A stretch of DNA of 54,848 nucleotides, counting the filler, from Asterionella formosa (lineage: Eukaryota): the NCBI GenBank assembly GCA_002256025.1. It is 4 parts of 4 records of this genome, joined end to end, with 100 filler letters (N's around TTAATTAATTAA, not from the genome) between each part and the next. Parts side by side here need not be neighbours in the genome. Positions count along the whole stretch, not along the records: positions 1 to 13,630 come from NKIB01006524.1; 3 more parts are not named here. One strand, given 5' to 3'. Positions 1 through 12,953 of this stretch are shown here, piece by piece; the first letter of the stretch is position 1; each line of letters starts with the position of its first letter. A model generated the notes under the pieces. It did no database searches. It saw only the letters and a program-made list of their open reading frames with translations, and was not told the DNA's origin. Made by a program: the position numbers and the translations under genes.

Positions 1-256
1 GGGTAGTGTGCCAAGGGCCAAACCTGCCGCCTTTTATTAATCTGCCCAGGAAATTTTTGTGGTCATGAACCCTCCTGTTGGTCAGCTAGTGGTCTATGTG
101 CCTAACAAAAAACAGCCGAATGCTGAACAGATTGCACATGTGCAACAATAACATTGCTATTATTATATATACATGACGAAACATTAAAAATGTCTTATGT
201 CAGTCATTACCTGGATATCATTTGTTATTTTCAGGATAATTACGGTCTGGATACCG
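1..256 (+). mobile_element. Ty3/Gypsy fragment (gag end / pol start), same family as 9544-11985
   Basis: Aligns with 10880-11135 (tctgcccaggaaattt..gtggtca..cctcctg.tggtcag) and with the reverse complement of ~20325-20631; encodes SAQEIFVVMNPPVGQ...HVQQ* and SYVSHYLDIICYFQDNY. Confidence 0.75.
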
Positions 257-428
257 ACTTTTTTCTGTGATGTGGTGGGATATTCCAATTGCGTAGCAGA
301 ATTCATGTATCCCATTCATGATATCACGAAACGCCTAGCTAGGCTATGAGGCTGATCATCCACTTTGTCACACAGGTAACCTTTTATGGTTAAATCTTCC
401 CAACAGGAAAGAATATTCTTTCAAGTTA

Positions 429-1452
429 TTGACCTTTGATGATGCAGACTACATCATTGTCCGTTTACATAAACCGTCTTTAGGGATTACCACCTCTGCT
501 ATTGACCTTATCAAAATCATGAAACCATCAGGACTTTATCATCTCATTCATCTTCGGATGGGCTGCCCAGGCCGGCGTGCTATGGAATTATTGCTCAACG
601 GAACAAGCGTTATGGGTCTCCCTTTGAATGTCCTTATACCAGACACATTCTCCTGTCCAATCTGTCTCAAAGAAAAGCTGCCCTCCTTATCCAGAGGTCC
701 TACTGTTGAATCTCCTTTCAAGGTTCTTGGAAGTCTTATCCATATGGATTTTGGATTCTATGGTAAACAATCCTGCCGTGGATTTGAATGCTTTTTAGTA
801 GTCACAGAGGCGATCTCTAATCATCGTTGGACATTTTGTCATCAATCACGCACTACACCAGTAAAACTCATCCTTTGGATCATCCAGCACTTGCCGATCC
901 GTACTTGCAACCGTGTGTGCCGTATCTGTATGGATGGGGAATTATTTGCTAACCACATGCTCAAGACTAAGTTGTCTCTGCTGCAAATCTCGGTGGAGCC
1001 CACTGGCGCATACTCATCCTCGCAAAACGGAAAAGCTGAGGTCTCCATTAAACTTATTGGACTCAAGGCTCAATGTCTCTTATATGGAGCACAAATGGAT
1101 CCCTCACTATGGTGTTTTGCTTTCACATATGCCACTTTTCTTCTTAATGTTCGGCCTAGTGATGCCCATAATGGTCGCACCCCTCATGAAGTATTCCACA
1201 AACATGCACCTAATTTATCAATGGCCCTTTATTTTTGGCTCTCCACTCCATGTCAAGAATCGACGCGCCAGTCGGCATCATCCTGATTCTAATACATTTT
1301 TGGGACTTTTGTTGGTTTCCAAGGGACTGCGCATATCTACCAATATATTGGGGATTCCGGCCGGGTTCAATATGCTCATCATGATGTTGTTGATAAACTT
1401 TGTGTTCACAGACTTCCTAGTGATCGGTCTCCAGCAGCAAAAGCTCTCCTGA
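429..1452 (+). pseudogene. Ty1/Copia GAG-pre-integrase and integrase core, frameshifted
   Basis: H-x-RMG...CPIC zinc-binding segment, IHMDF (first D), ICMDGE (second D), YSSSQNGKAE (E), LWCFAFTYATFLLNVRP and TPHE motifs typical of Copia integrase; C-terminal part continues in other frames. Confidence 0.9.
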
Positions 1453-2079
1453 ATCACTAAGCTGTTGATGTTTCCATTTCAACACACATGGCCGCTTTGA
1501 AAACAGCAATCTCTGATCTTATCCCAAGTTGTTCACCATGGCTAAATCACGACATGTCCGTAACAGAAATTTCTGATCTATTACCAGATGAGGCACATGG
1601 CTTACTTCTCCATTACCATGCTGACCTAGCACGATGTGAGATAATTGGGATCGAACCCAATAGTGCTTTCGGGCGTCATATGACGAAAGGCCCTATACAA
1701 ATATTAAAGGGTAGAGTGCTGTTACAGATTAATGGAAATGACGTACGCTGAGGAGATACTTGATGGATATGTCCTTGCTACAAATGGGCGTCTTTCTTTA
1801 TGTGATCCTCATGATCCACGATTCGTTCCTGGTATGCTCCCCAACCTCACTCTACTGTCGGTGAAGAAACGACGCACAAACCATGACTGGAAAGATACAT
1901 TTTACTTTGGTGCAGGGGATATCAGTATGCTTCGGTCAGGATTTACTGTCTCTTCCATCACTTCTCATCCCAATACACTCTGTCCACGATCATTTCATGA
2001 AGCAATGAAAGGACCATTTCGAGGAGAATGGACCGCGGCACTCTTTCATCATCTAGATATCTAGATAACTGTCATAGCA

Positions 2080-2643
2080 TTGGGACCTTTGGCGCTCCAG
2101 GCCTCCATCATGCCTACCAGCAAAGGCTATGCGGATGCAAACTTTGGAGGTGCCATATTTGACCGGTTAGCAAATTCTGGTGGTGTCATTATGATTAATG
2201 ATACTGCAGTAATTACATTGTGCCGCAAACAAAGTACAACAGCATACAATACTACTGAAGCAGAACTTGATGCAGCCACCACCTTATCTAAACATGTTTT
2301 GTGGCTATGCATTTACATGGAGGATATGTCAATTCCTTATCATGATGCTATCTTCATTGGAGAAGACAATTCTGCTGCACAAATCATTGCGCATGCGGGT
2401 AAATTAACACGCAATGTCCGTCATATTGCGACAAAAACGCAGGCTTTGCAAGAAAATGTCCGTCATGGCAGAGTCCATTTTACCCTGGTCTCGTCTGCTC
2501 ACAATTTAGCCGACCATTTTACCAAGGCACTCCCTTATTCTACTCTATGTGCACGTTGCATGAATATGATGGGATATCAATTTATCGATGCCGGTCATCG
2601 TGCGGTCGCCATGCTCGCACAGCCTGACAAATCAGTTCTTTGA
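2080..2643 (+). pseudogene. Ty1/Copia RNase H domain
   Basis: GYADANFG, RKQSTTAYNTTEAE, GEDNSAA, RHIATK and NLADHFTKAL motifs of Copia RNase HI. Confidence 0.9.
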
Positions 2644-3224
2644 CAATCATTGATTCTACTCCTTTTATCTTATTTTGTTATGAGATGGGGGGGGGGGGTT
2701 TTTATAAATAACTTCTTTAAATGTAAGTATATGTCTGTGTCTGTTTGTCTGACAGTACCTATGCATCTTATTTAAACCATCGTTCTTCTATATCAACTTA
2801 ATCTAATCACTCTTTTAACAAACACACGTTCCAATCTCCTTTTGAGCTTGTCAGGTTAGTTATCGGACTCCCCTCCTCCATCATCTCCTCGTTCATCGCC
2901 CTCTTCGATCTCTCTCGTCCCCTCCTTCACTGCAGTCCATGGTTTAAAAAATGGTGCTCTACGGATTTATTTCTATTTGTCGCCAGCTATAAAGCAACTA
3001 AATGGACAAATGACAGGATAACAACATACACACTGATGGATTACACTGATGGATCAATATGTGGTCATAACCAGAAATTCTCGTCATTCTTATTGCAACA
3101 TGACGGAACAGGATGGTCTAACTTATGATCAGTTTTGGTTTGGGTCAACGATTAGTAACGGCCGTAAAGTAACCGAAGACAATATTCACTGGCCAGGAAA
3201 GTTCTCTTCCCCAGTGTTTACACC

Positions 3225-3908
3225 ATGTCACTGTTGGTGAGCGACGGAAGTACTGATACAGTTAATTCAGATGAATCTGAATTTGAAGATACAAACTTGA
3301 TAAATACTAGAAAGGAAGCAGAGGCATCCATTGTTGTGAAACCCAAACAATTATCTTTCTCAGCGGAGAAAGACATATGTGGAATTTGGTACATTTCCGG
3401 CGGTATTAAACAACTATGTACACAACGAAACCGCTCAGATGAGACAGTATACTACGGCTTGTTTCATCCAGACAACGAACATGGTAAACCTGCCATTCAG
3501 AACCTTGTAAACTCTGCCATACAGCAGTGCAAGGACAAAAATTCTACTGGAACTACGTCTGTAGAGATAGATTGGATCGATTTCTATTATAATGTTACTA
3601 TAATCTCCAAAGATGACGGTACGAAAAACATTTTAAGATGTAATCCAAAATGGAACAAACAGGACAAGAGTCTTCATCAATAAAATTCTTGGTTTGATTG
3701 GGTTGAAGTGAATTGGGAAACAAGTCGAAGTGGGAAAAATTACAGTGTACCAGGAAAATTACTTTTATGGGGTGAAGTCGTTTATTCAGATGGAACTGAA
3801 ACACTCCTTGCACCTATACGTTCCTTGAAGAGTACCACTGTCATGCCAGCCCCCCATCATCGCCTGTTTTTTGCTACAGGTGATTACATTTGTCATGAGA
3901 AGACTTGA
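3225..3908 (+). pseudogene. Plavaka-type transposase C-terminal-like fragment (degenerate)
   Basis: ILRCNPKWN...WFDWVEVNWE...VPGKLLLWG pattern resembles the R-x-HP...W-x-DW-V-x-W...PAKL tail seen in Plavaka-like elements; recognised from memory. Confidence 0.45.
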
Positions 3909-4409
3909 TTAAGCGTTATTGAGCATAATAACATTCTTTTTACAACATATTTGTAGTCCCAGCTTTAGCACCAGCTACAATCAGTAAATGTACGAGTACA
4001 CGAGAAACCGTTGAAGCCATGGAAACTACAGATTATTATATTGCATTACCACCACGAAATCAATGGAAATTGATTGGTTGGGATATTCCTTTAAGTACGA
4101 CAGAGAAGTAGCACTAATCGTCACAATACAAATTATTACGAATACACTTCAACATTTAGGTTGAAGTGAACTGGGAAACAAGTCGAAATGGGAAAAATTA
4201 CAGTGTACCAGCAAAATTACTTTTTTGGGGTAACATCGTCTATTGAGATGTTTATTCAGATGGAACTGAAATACTCCTTGCATCTATACGTTCCTTGAAG
4301 AGTACCACTGTCATGCCAGCCCCCCATCATCGCCTGTTTTTTGCTACAGGTGATTACATTTGTGATGGGAAGACTTGATTAAGCGTTATTGAGCATAATA
4401 ACATTCTTT
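3701..4409 (+). repeat. Local direct duplication of ~240 bp (3701-3938 and 4159-4409)
   Basis: Near-identical text from ggttgaagtgaa.tgggaaacaagtcgaa to gagcataataacattcttt in both copies. Confidence 0.9.
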
Positions 4410-4424
4410 CCACAGCGATGAAAA

Positions 4425-6975
4425 TTAACTGTCATCATCCACTGATTCTTCCGAAGATCTCAAGAAACTCTTGAAATCTTTGTATAGTATATCATGCTGG
4501 CTTTCATTCAGGAGAACAGCATACCTGCTCACTTTCTGCATGCTCTCAGCAACAACAAAGGAATGTTCGTATTCTTTTTCAAATTTCAAGATTTCTTTAT
4601 TACCATGCCAATGGTTAGATTCTACGGTGGGATGATGAACCATTTTACTAAGATACATCAGTTCAGTTGTAGTAAACATCGGAGATAACTCGAATTCAGA
4701 ATTAAACTCCATTGCTGCAACTTTGTCACAACATGAACCCACAATGGTGTGGAGAACATATACCATAACTGCATCGTCAACTTCATTCTCTGGATTACCA
4801 GGAAATGACCATCCATTTTGATTTTCACCCTTAAATTTCATTTTCATAAATGTATCCCAACCATCCTTTGTTAAACGTGACTCACTTCGTTTCCCCATAA
4901 AATTAGTTTCTCCACTGTATCGTAGTTGTAGTAGTAATTCTATAAAATTCACAATTGTAAAGGGACCACATGACCATCCACCATCCGTGGTTGGTTAGAA
5001 AATCTTTGAATCTGAATGTTTTGCTATAAAACATTTCAGATGGCCTTTCCCACGGAAACCACTGCCTACCTTAACTTGAGGTTCCCCATCAGTGTAACCT
5101 CGGATTTTTGGTATCTCACTGAATGTTTTCAGAAACGGATTGCATCTGGAATGGTGTTGAAGAATTTTCTCATAGAGGAACCGATTTCCTATCTGTAAAA
5201 AGTGCTAAGGAAAGAAAAGATTACTTTGACCATACATTTGGAGGAATGTGCATTAACCCTATTTATTACTTCCAATTGACATTGAACCATTTCATTCATT
5301 CAGTTTTGAGTAAGTTTATTTTGATTCCTCCTTATTGTGTGTTTCTCCCAGTTCACTTCGATCCAGTCAAGCCATTCACGACCAGAGATTTCTATATTTG
5401 AATCATCATTCCATTTCGGATGGCATCTGAAAATAGTAGTTTGGCCGGGAACTTTCATTTCAATTTCAACATGATAATAAATCGGCGTAGCCTCGGATTT
5501 TTGGTATCTCACTGAATATTTTAAGAAAACTCTCTTGACATTCTGATCGAGCCTTCTTCATGCCAGATTTCCATTTTTCGAACTCGGTTTTGAATTTGAC
5601 CATAGCTTTGGAGTTACTAATTTCTTTGTTAATATCTATACCAGGGCAAATACGTTTTTTCGTGCAATCTCGTGAATGCATTTTAAATGACTTTTCAAAC
5701 TAACTCCATGTTCAGGATCACGTACTTCAACGTTGCCTTCATTTAGATCAAAACAATATAGAAAATAATGTTGATGATATTTTGTTTGTAAATAAATCAC
5801 AATAAGGAAGAATTCAATGGAGGGTTGGAGATAAAAATTGTTAGATGGATAAGGACGTTCAGTATTCCAGTCATTTCTGTCTTGAAATCCAACCATTACA
5901 TAAATGTTTGGGGGATGCAGTTCATGAACAAATGACCTTCACAATGGCGGTCACAATTTCAGTATCCCAATATGCACAATTGTCCAATTCAATACGATTG
6001 TCCCTGTACTGCTTCTCTGACAATTTAAGGAAATACTCATTCCTGCAATATTGACGTACTTCTGAGGGGGAGCGAGAGTATGCATTGTAGTAAAGCTTAT
6101 GTGACTCCGGACCCAACTGAAGTGGGAACCGGAAAGGTGAATCAAATACTTGGCAATTCACGCAGAATGGGCAGGAACTGCTTTCCGCTAAAAAAGAGGG
6201 TGAAACACTATAAAGGTGATCGTTGAAACATTCCAATTCATTGCCATATCCCATAACAGCAGCTGCTACCTTTCCCTTTATCGATTTTTTCGATACAAGT
6301 AATTGATGTGTTTCTTCACTTCTCCTCGCTCTTTCGCGTAAATATTTATGAATTCCGTCATCAAATAATTTCAATAATGATTTATCATTACAGGATAAAT
6401 CACTTATCTCCTTGACCTGCTCAAATACTGTCCCAGTGACTGCAACAGTTTCGGAAATCTTTGGTAAGTAGTCATGAAATACATCCAGCCTGGCAACCAT
6501 GTCCTGTTTCAATATTTCCAACTCTTTACTAGATAAATGGGACAAATCACTTTCCTCCTTGACCTGTTTTTATTTATTTTACTTTCCCAATCACTACTAT
6601 AATTTCGGAACACTTTGGTGACAAGTCATGGACTGCTTCTTCCGGATTGGCAACCATGTCTGGAGTTGCCTTTAATTTACATTTTGCTTTTGCTTTTGCT
6701 TTGAAAGGGGGATATTTTATATCAAGTCAATCAGGTTCGATAGACTCAATTAGACGCTCTGAGAAAGTAGAAACAAGATCTACCATGGGCATAAAAGCAA
6801 CACGATCTTTACTTCTTGGAATGATATTGGGAGAAGATGAACTGGCATCAACTATTTCGTTTTCACTCGCCTGTGGTGTCAATGCGGAAATAGAGAATAC
6901 AGGACATCGGTGATCTTTATCTGGAATGACAGGTATGACTAATTCCATCATCTTGTCAGGAAAAAAGTTTCCCAA
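4425..6975 (-). pseudogene. Fragmented minus-strand coding region, possibly transposon-borne Ulp1/C48-like protease, with an embedded Plavaka-like piece (5300-5512)
   Basis: Series of co-oriented ORFs; HYFLYCFDLNEGNVEVRDP resembles the Ulp1 His/Asp segment; IFRCHPKWND...WLDWIEVNWE is paralogous to 3630-3720. Confidence 0.35.
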
Positions 6976-8129
6976 TTTTGGCGATGCCTCTCAAATGTGG
7001 CCGTAATGGTGCACAGAAGAAAATTCTTCTCTTCTTCTGTATCAATACCAGCACCAAAAACATGAGTAAAAATACAGGGATCATTTGAAACTCCCCAATA
7101 ATGGAGAAGTTTATCAACATCATTGGACTCATTTCAACAACCATTGTTGCTGTATGACATCGAAATCAGCTATTGATTGAATAATGGTTTTGGGACAAGC
7201 TACACTACGTATATATAAGCTATATAAATATAGCGGTCACTTTTAGGAAAGTATATGTGTGGCAATGAGGTTAGGCTGTCCTATATAGTGCCTCTGATGT
7301 TGCCGATAAAGAGATTTCTTAAAACAATGGGATAGTACAATGTTATTAAGCAAAGTTACGATTGTTATTTCGAATCCCCTACTATTCAAGATTCATGTGA
7401 TGCTTCTATTTCCTGAATGAAATGAAGCTACTTTCTGGTTAGTGATGTTGCGGCTCTAATTCTGCAGCATACAAATGTTCTCGCCAATAGCTAGTCAATG
7501 AGAATGGAAGACCCATGATTTAGGCCATGAGCAACAAACTGCACCGCCATCTGGTCCATCTTCACTTTGATCCACATCTCATCTTGAAGAAAAGATTCGA
7601 AATACGGATCGATGTTCGCAATGGACGAAAATGATCAAAAGGTACTATCTTCTTGATTTCGGTTGGAATTGGAATCGGGTATGGCCTTCAATGCTTGACC
7701 AAAGCTTTTGATTTCGAGTAACAAAAAAAACAATCAAACTTCGCCAGCATAATTCCCCATCAATATCGAGACCATATCATTCGTTATAAGACTGAGATCA
7801 TCGTCATCCCCACAAGAAGGAAGCTCGTAAGGAATTCAACAAACGCATATGGCTTGTAAGAAATTCGATTACTGATATGCGAATGGAGAGATAATGACGA
7901 ATACTACTGGTACAAGAATTGTATCAAAGTATGTACCGGTAGAGCATTCAAATCTGAATGGCAACAAGGAATGCACCGTTGTTGCACAGAATTCATTCTA
8001 ATAGGATTATTGCCGGGTACAAGGTTTACATACACATAAGGTGATCTGTGTAAAGTCATAACCTTCGCTAAAACAATAATTGATCAAAGAGCAACAGCTA
8101 TTGATCAATCAAACAACGTATCAATGTAT

Positions 8130-8480
8130 CAAAACATTTGATAAGCAGATTAGTTCTGATAACTAATATATATATATATATATGACTTTTATCTATGCAT
8201 AACCCGACGTGTGTACGCAAATAATCTAACAAACAAATTTGATTGACCACACTGTCACGGTCCTTGATATATCAAAATTATCATCTACATAACAAAACAT
8301 TTGATCAATATATCAACAATTTTGATTAACCGATTAGATTTGGTAACTGATAAATGAGAGATATTATTTATGCATAACCTAACATGTGCATGCTAGTAAC
8401 CAAATGTACAAATTTGATTGATCATACGGACACGGCGGTTGATATATCAAAATTATCATAAACATATCAAAATATTTGAA
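8130..8480. repeat. Degenerate tandem repeat, period ~175 bp
   Basis: acaaatttgattga at 8233 and 8408; ttgatatatcaaaattatcat present twice at the same spacing. Confidence 0.7.
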
Positions 8481-9543
8481 TAATCAATCAGTCTTTTTAA
8501 CGTATGCTGAGTAAAACGTTAGATCTAATGGAAAATTTATTCACAGACACCAATGAGTGCACATGTCCAGGAATACATATAGCGGTACATGCACATTCGG
8601 TTATATGTATAATACTGGCATGTATGCTCTCTGACTACCGGTACATACCGGGTATAAGAATTATACAATAGCTCATGAATCGAACAAACATGAGAAATTT
8701 TCCATTACCATGATTAAATGATTATTAATTTTCGCGTTATTATTAGTTTCTTAGATGAATACTCGTGTTGCTAGCAAGTAGTGAAAGAAACGAACACGTA
8801 GCTTTGATATTCATTGCAAAATAGCTAAAATTGAAAATAGGCGGAAGCAACATGGCGTTCAACTGCAACGACAATATCTCCATGATTTCTGAGTAGTTCG
8901 CACATAACCATTGTAAATCAAGTAGACATATTCGATAATATTAGAAGCTGAAAACAACAATTGGTTTTTAATTCGTGATTTATCTGTTTACAATAGGCAT
9001 ATCATCATTGTCCTCATGTTACCGGTACCAACAAACCGGCAAAGATCATGTTCCAAGAACATACATACTTGTACCACGGTAGCTATTTACTAACAACCAT
9101 ATACTGACATGAAGTCAATTGTACCAGGGTGGTACCCGGTACCGGTATGCATGCATGGATGCAAGATGGATGAAGTCTACTATGTTGTCCTCCTGTGGTG
9201 TATGATGCATACCCATATTTACCACAACCGCCCACTGTTTGCTATTCTGTACATTCAGACCGTGATTTCTGGAATAAGGAAGGAGTCTTGAAACTCAGAA
9301 ATTGCGATTGGGGGGAAAACCCCCCAATCCAAAACCCCCTAATTGTAGCAAGGATCGGAAACTGGTTTCTTCAGAAAATTATTCAATAAAAATTAATTTT
9401 GATAATAATGAAATTTAGCGCGAAACCGTTAGAGATTTCTAAATGTCTAAGTAATAATAGCGGGGAGTCGAATATGAGTGCTTGCCGGCGCCAAGTTCCA
9501 TTTTCGGCAAAATGACCCCAACTTGCAGGTACCAGGTACCAGG

Positions 9544-9733
9544 TGTTGCTCACATCGATACAGATGTATATAGGGTTAGGGATATATCAAATATATCGGA
9601 ATTCAATAATGAGAGAACTCAATTAACACCCATTGTATACTTTGATGTCAGTTTAGGAAACGAGTTGTACATAAGGATTAATAAATAAGCTCATATATTC
9701 AACAAATACTACTACTTCTAGTTAGATACTTCA
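9544..9733 (+). mobile_element. 5' LTR of Gypsy element (divergent subfamily)
   Basis: TG...CA ends; homologous to LTRs at 13926, 48636 and 50904 with an identical 3' end (aacaaatactactacttctagttagatacttca); directly followed by gag. Confidence 0.9.
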
Positions 9734-9772
9734 CTTTGAATTCAAAAAGAGTCGAATTAGAACAAAACGAAC

Positions 9773-11030
9773 ATGGCAATGTATTCAAGGGTTCCTGTCA
9801 TTCCTTTGATCAAAGACTACAATGTATTGACTATCAAGACTAAAACATTCAGAGTTGCTTTAGCCGGTGGAAGGTTTGAATCATTTGATCAAGATATGAT
9901 TGATGGAAGCTCAGTGGAAGCATTGTTAATTGGAGTGAGTCAATTTCGTGACATGGCTAACACATGTGCCTTTAGCCCTGCAGATACCTTTTCCTACTTT
10001 AAAAGGTGTTTGACTGACATTGCTTTATCGGATTGGTTGAATGTGGAAGTACATCTGTAAGATCAATCCTATGATAGTTTCGATGAAGCAATGGCTTTAT
10101 GGTTAGATGATCATTTACCAAACAAGAGTTTTCAACATCAACGACAATGGATGCTACGCTACTTATCGAAACCCTTTTCTATGCTGGTAATGGATTTCGG
10201 AGCTCTTATTAAAACTTTGAACAGGCTACTTCAACTAATACCTCATCCAGAAGATCTAACCGAATTGTCAAAAGAAGATATGCGGGTTAACACCATCCAT
10301 TCTATGCCCGATGAGTGGCAACAAGAGTTTGAATTGAATCATGCTAAAACTTCAGACCACTCAATTCGCTTGGTTCTTGCTTACTTCGAGAGTCAACAAT
10401 CGTTAAAGGACCGAAACAAGCATCTTCCCAAGAACAGTTTTCAAACAATCACACAAAATCGTCTTCGTATTGCTGAAGGCAATTGTGTGATGCGTCAAGA
10501 AAACGAGCGTGTCAGTCGTCAATTCTACAACGATTATTTAACTCCAAGTGGTCGTGGAAGAGCGCGTGCTATTGTCAATGCAGCCGGACGCGCATGGGAT
10601 CGTCAGGCGACTGCATCCTGAAGGTACACATACTTGGGGCAATTGTTTTCAGAATCCTTGTGCTCAAGGTGGTCGAGCAGGTCGCATGGCTGGTCGTCAT
10701 AATGGACGTGGCCGTTCCTACACTTTCGGTGGACGAGGACATTTTGGTGTTCGTGGAGGCGGCTCACATAGCAGTCCTACGGAAAGTTATCATACTGACA
10801 CTGCTAACCCTGTGCCTGCTCCACATGCTCGAATGTTAAATACATGGGGTCATAATACTAATCCATCCGGTTGGGGTACTGTGCCACGTGCCAATCCTAC
10901 CGAGAATACATCTGCCCAGGAAATTTCAGTGGTCACAAACCTCCTGCTGGTCAGATAGTGACTTTTTTCCCTACTACCCAGTACACAACAGCAGATTGCT
11001 GATCGCCATCACAGAGGTATGTGAGATAAT
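9773..11030 (+). pseudogene. Gypsy gag (stops and frameshifts) with zinc knuckle
   Basis: YLSKPFSM...LNRLLQLIP...HSMPDEWQQEF capsid-like segment, C-x2-H-x4-H-x-W-x2-C knuckle at ~10610-10645 and RG-rich tail. Confidence 0.75.
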
Positions 11031-11125
11031 AGCGATGCTATTTATAATGACTCGTTGAGTATATCTCACGTTCTCACGTTAATCATCACCTGAACAATAT
11101 TGTTTACTTACAGGTTGAATACACT

Positions 11126-11985
11126 ATGGATACCGCTGTTGCTGTAACGCGGGACATATATAACTGTATTGATGGACATGATGTTCCACATACATATCAG
11201 GGCCCAATTCCGGTTTCCTGTTTCACTTCTAAGGATATATTAACATCAATTGATTTGATTCTGATGTCCCTTTTAGCTCCACAATTGGTGGATGATATAC
11301 CTATGCATAAAATACTACGAGTATTATTTAATAGTGGAGGATTGTTATCATTAATACATGAACAGGTTATGCCTCAAGGTATTTCTTTGTCTGACGAGAC
11401 TTCCCAATTAATAAATACCATAGCTGGTACTTATTCATCAAATGCCAGTGTTATGCTATATGATCTAATTTTACCAGAATTTAATTGATCCACTCATATT
11501 TTACAACAAAAGTGCCAAGTCTTTAATGGTCTATGCACATTTGATGTTATTTTAGGACGTGATTTTTCCGTCAAGTTGGTTTAACCATTGATTTCGTAAA
11601 TAAAACCATGTCCTGTATGAATATGATTGTTCCTACTATGCATCCTTTTACATTCTTTGATGATTGAGAACGTTTTCGTGATCTATAATTATATTTTGAT
11701 GCACCTATGATTGTGGAATCTTCATATGCGCTGGAAATTAAGCTGCTGAATAAAATTACGTAAATATTGATACAGTGGTGGATAAACAGATACATTTGAC
11801 AACAATACAACAATCATGCATGTTTACGATCTATATTGGTTAAATATCAAACATTATTTGATGGCAAATTAAAAGTCTATCGTCATAAACAGGTACATTT
11901 GGAATTATTATCAAATGCTGTCCCTTGTCATCAACGAGTATATCTAATTGCTCATAATCATTTAGAAGTTTTCAAAAGCGAATTT
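11126..11985 (+). pseudogene. Gypsy pol: aspartic protease and start of RT, truncated
   Basis: VLFNSGG (DSG in the sister copy at 18681), FDVILGRDF, then LFDGKLKVY..VHLEL..AVPCHQR..EVFKSE at the RT start; homology ends near 11985. Confidence 0.8.
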
Positions 11986-12953
11986 GGCAACTACTCATGA
12001 CTCACTATTATACTTACCAGAAGGTGATACTAGATGGTCCTGTGGACCATACACTGTTGTGAAATTATTAGAAAGTCTACTTCAATTGGAAAGAAATGCT
12101 GAAACCAAATTTTTTGGATGTCAGGCTCAATTTTGTCTTGAGAACTGCAATTGGAAGCAATTGGACGGCATGATAGTATCATCAGATCACGTGGGCAATC
12201 TGTCGAAAATACGTCATGTAAAGAATATGGATAATTTTTTTAGCCTTGGAACCGTTTGGTCTAAAAAGTCATTGAAGGTTCTTACCAAGAAGGAGAAGGT
12301 GCAAATGGAAAAAGCTGTACTTGCCTTCTGCATAAAGAAATTTGTGCAGAATAGTTTTATGGACTTGAAAATGTTGAATGAAACATTTGGATAACCCCCT
12401 TGCAACTTCTTGAATAATAAAGAATTTGAGCCACAATTGAAATTTCCTCTTTCAATTTGGAGTCAGTATCATCTGGACTCTCAACTGATGTTGCTATCAA
12501 TGAGAAATTCGCTCTCTTTGTCAACGCATTTGACAATGCATTGCAGGTTAGAGACAAGCTAAAATTTTAAAAGATGATTGTTGCATAATAAGATTGCAGT
12601 GCTTTGAAATATGTATAACCCAAACCACCAAACCACAGTAAATGAATTTTGGACAAGTCTCACTTATCTACTTTTGCACTCCAATTCTTTCACTGGCACA
12701 CTACCAAAAAATTCTCTCTCTCTAGCGTGTTTGTTGCCATGATGGAAATAATATAGTAAATGATTGTTAGTAAGAAGTTATGTCCTGAGTGGTTCATTTG
12801 TATAACAATAGGTGAACTGTCACTAAAGACAGTCAATGCCACAAACAAATGCCCAGGCTTTAAAACTCCGTTTTCCGTAGCTTCTGAATTGCTGAATGTT
12901 AAGACTTTTCTCAGACTACATCTGGTCTATCGACACCTGTCAATTAATTTCTA

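Larger units (their letters stand above)
257..2850 (+). mobile_element. 5'-truncated, RT-deleted Ty1/Copia retrotransposon with PPT and probable 3' LTR
   Basis: Domain order INT-(RT start)-RH; polypurine tract gagatgggggggggggg at 2682-2698 followed by an AT-rich LTR-like segment; both outer boundaries approximate. Confidence 0.75.

Noticed and set aside
11018..11113. Intron joining Gypsy gag and pol (GTATGT...TACAG)
   Set aside because: The supposed intron shows amino-acid-level conservation among three copies (SYVNQYLDNICYLQ-like) and the donor is absent in the copy at 1-256.
11984..12394. Ulp1-like catalytic Cys segment (DTRWSCGP)
   Set aside because: Single short motif in a broken frame; not enough to call.
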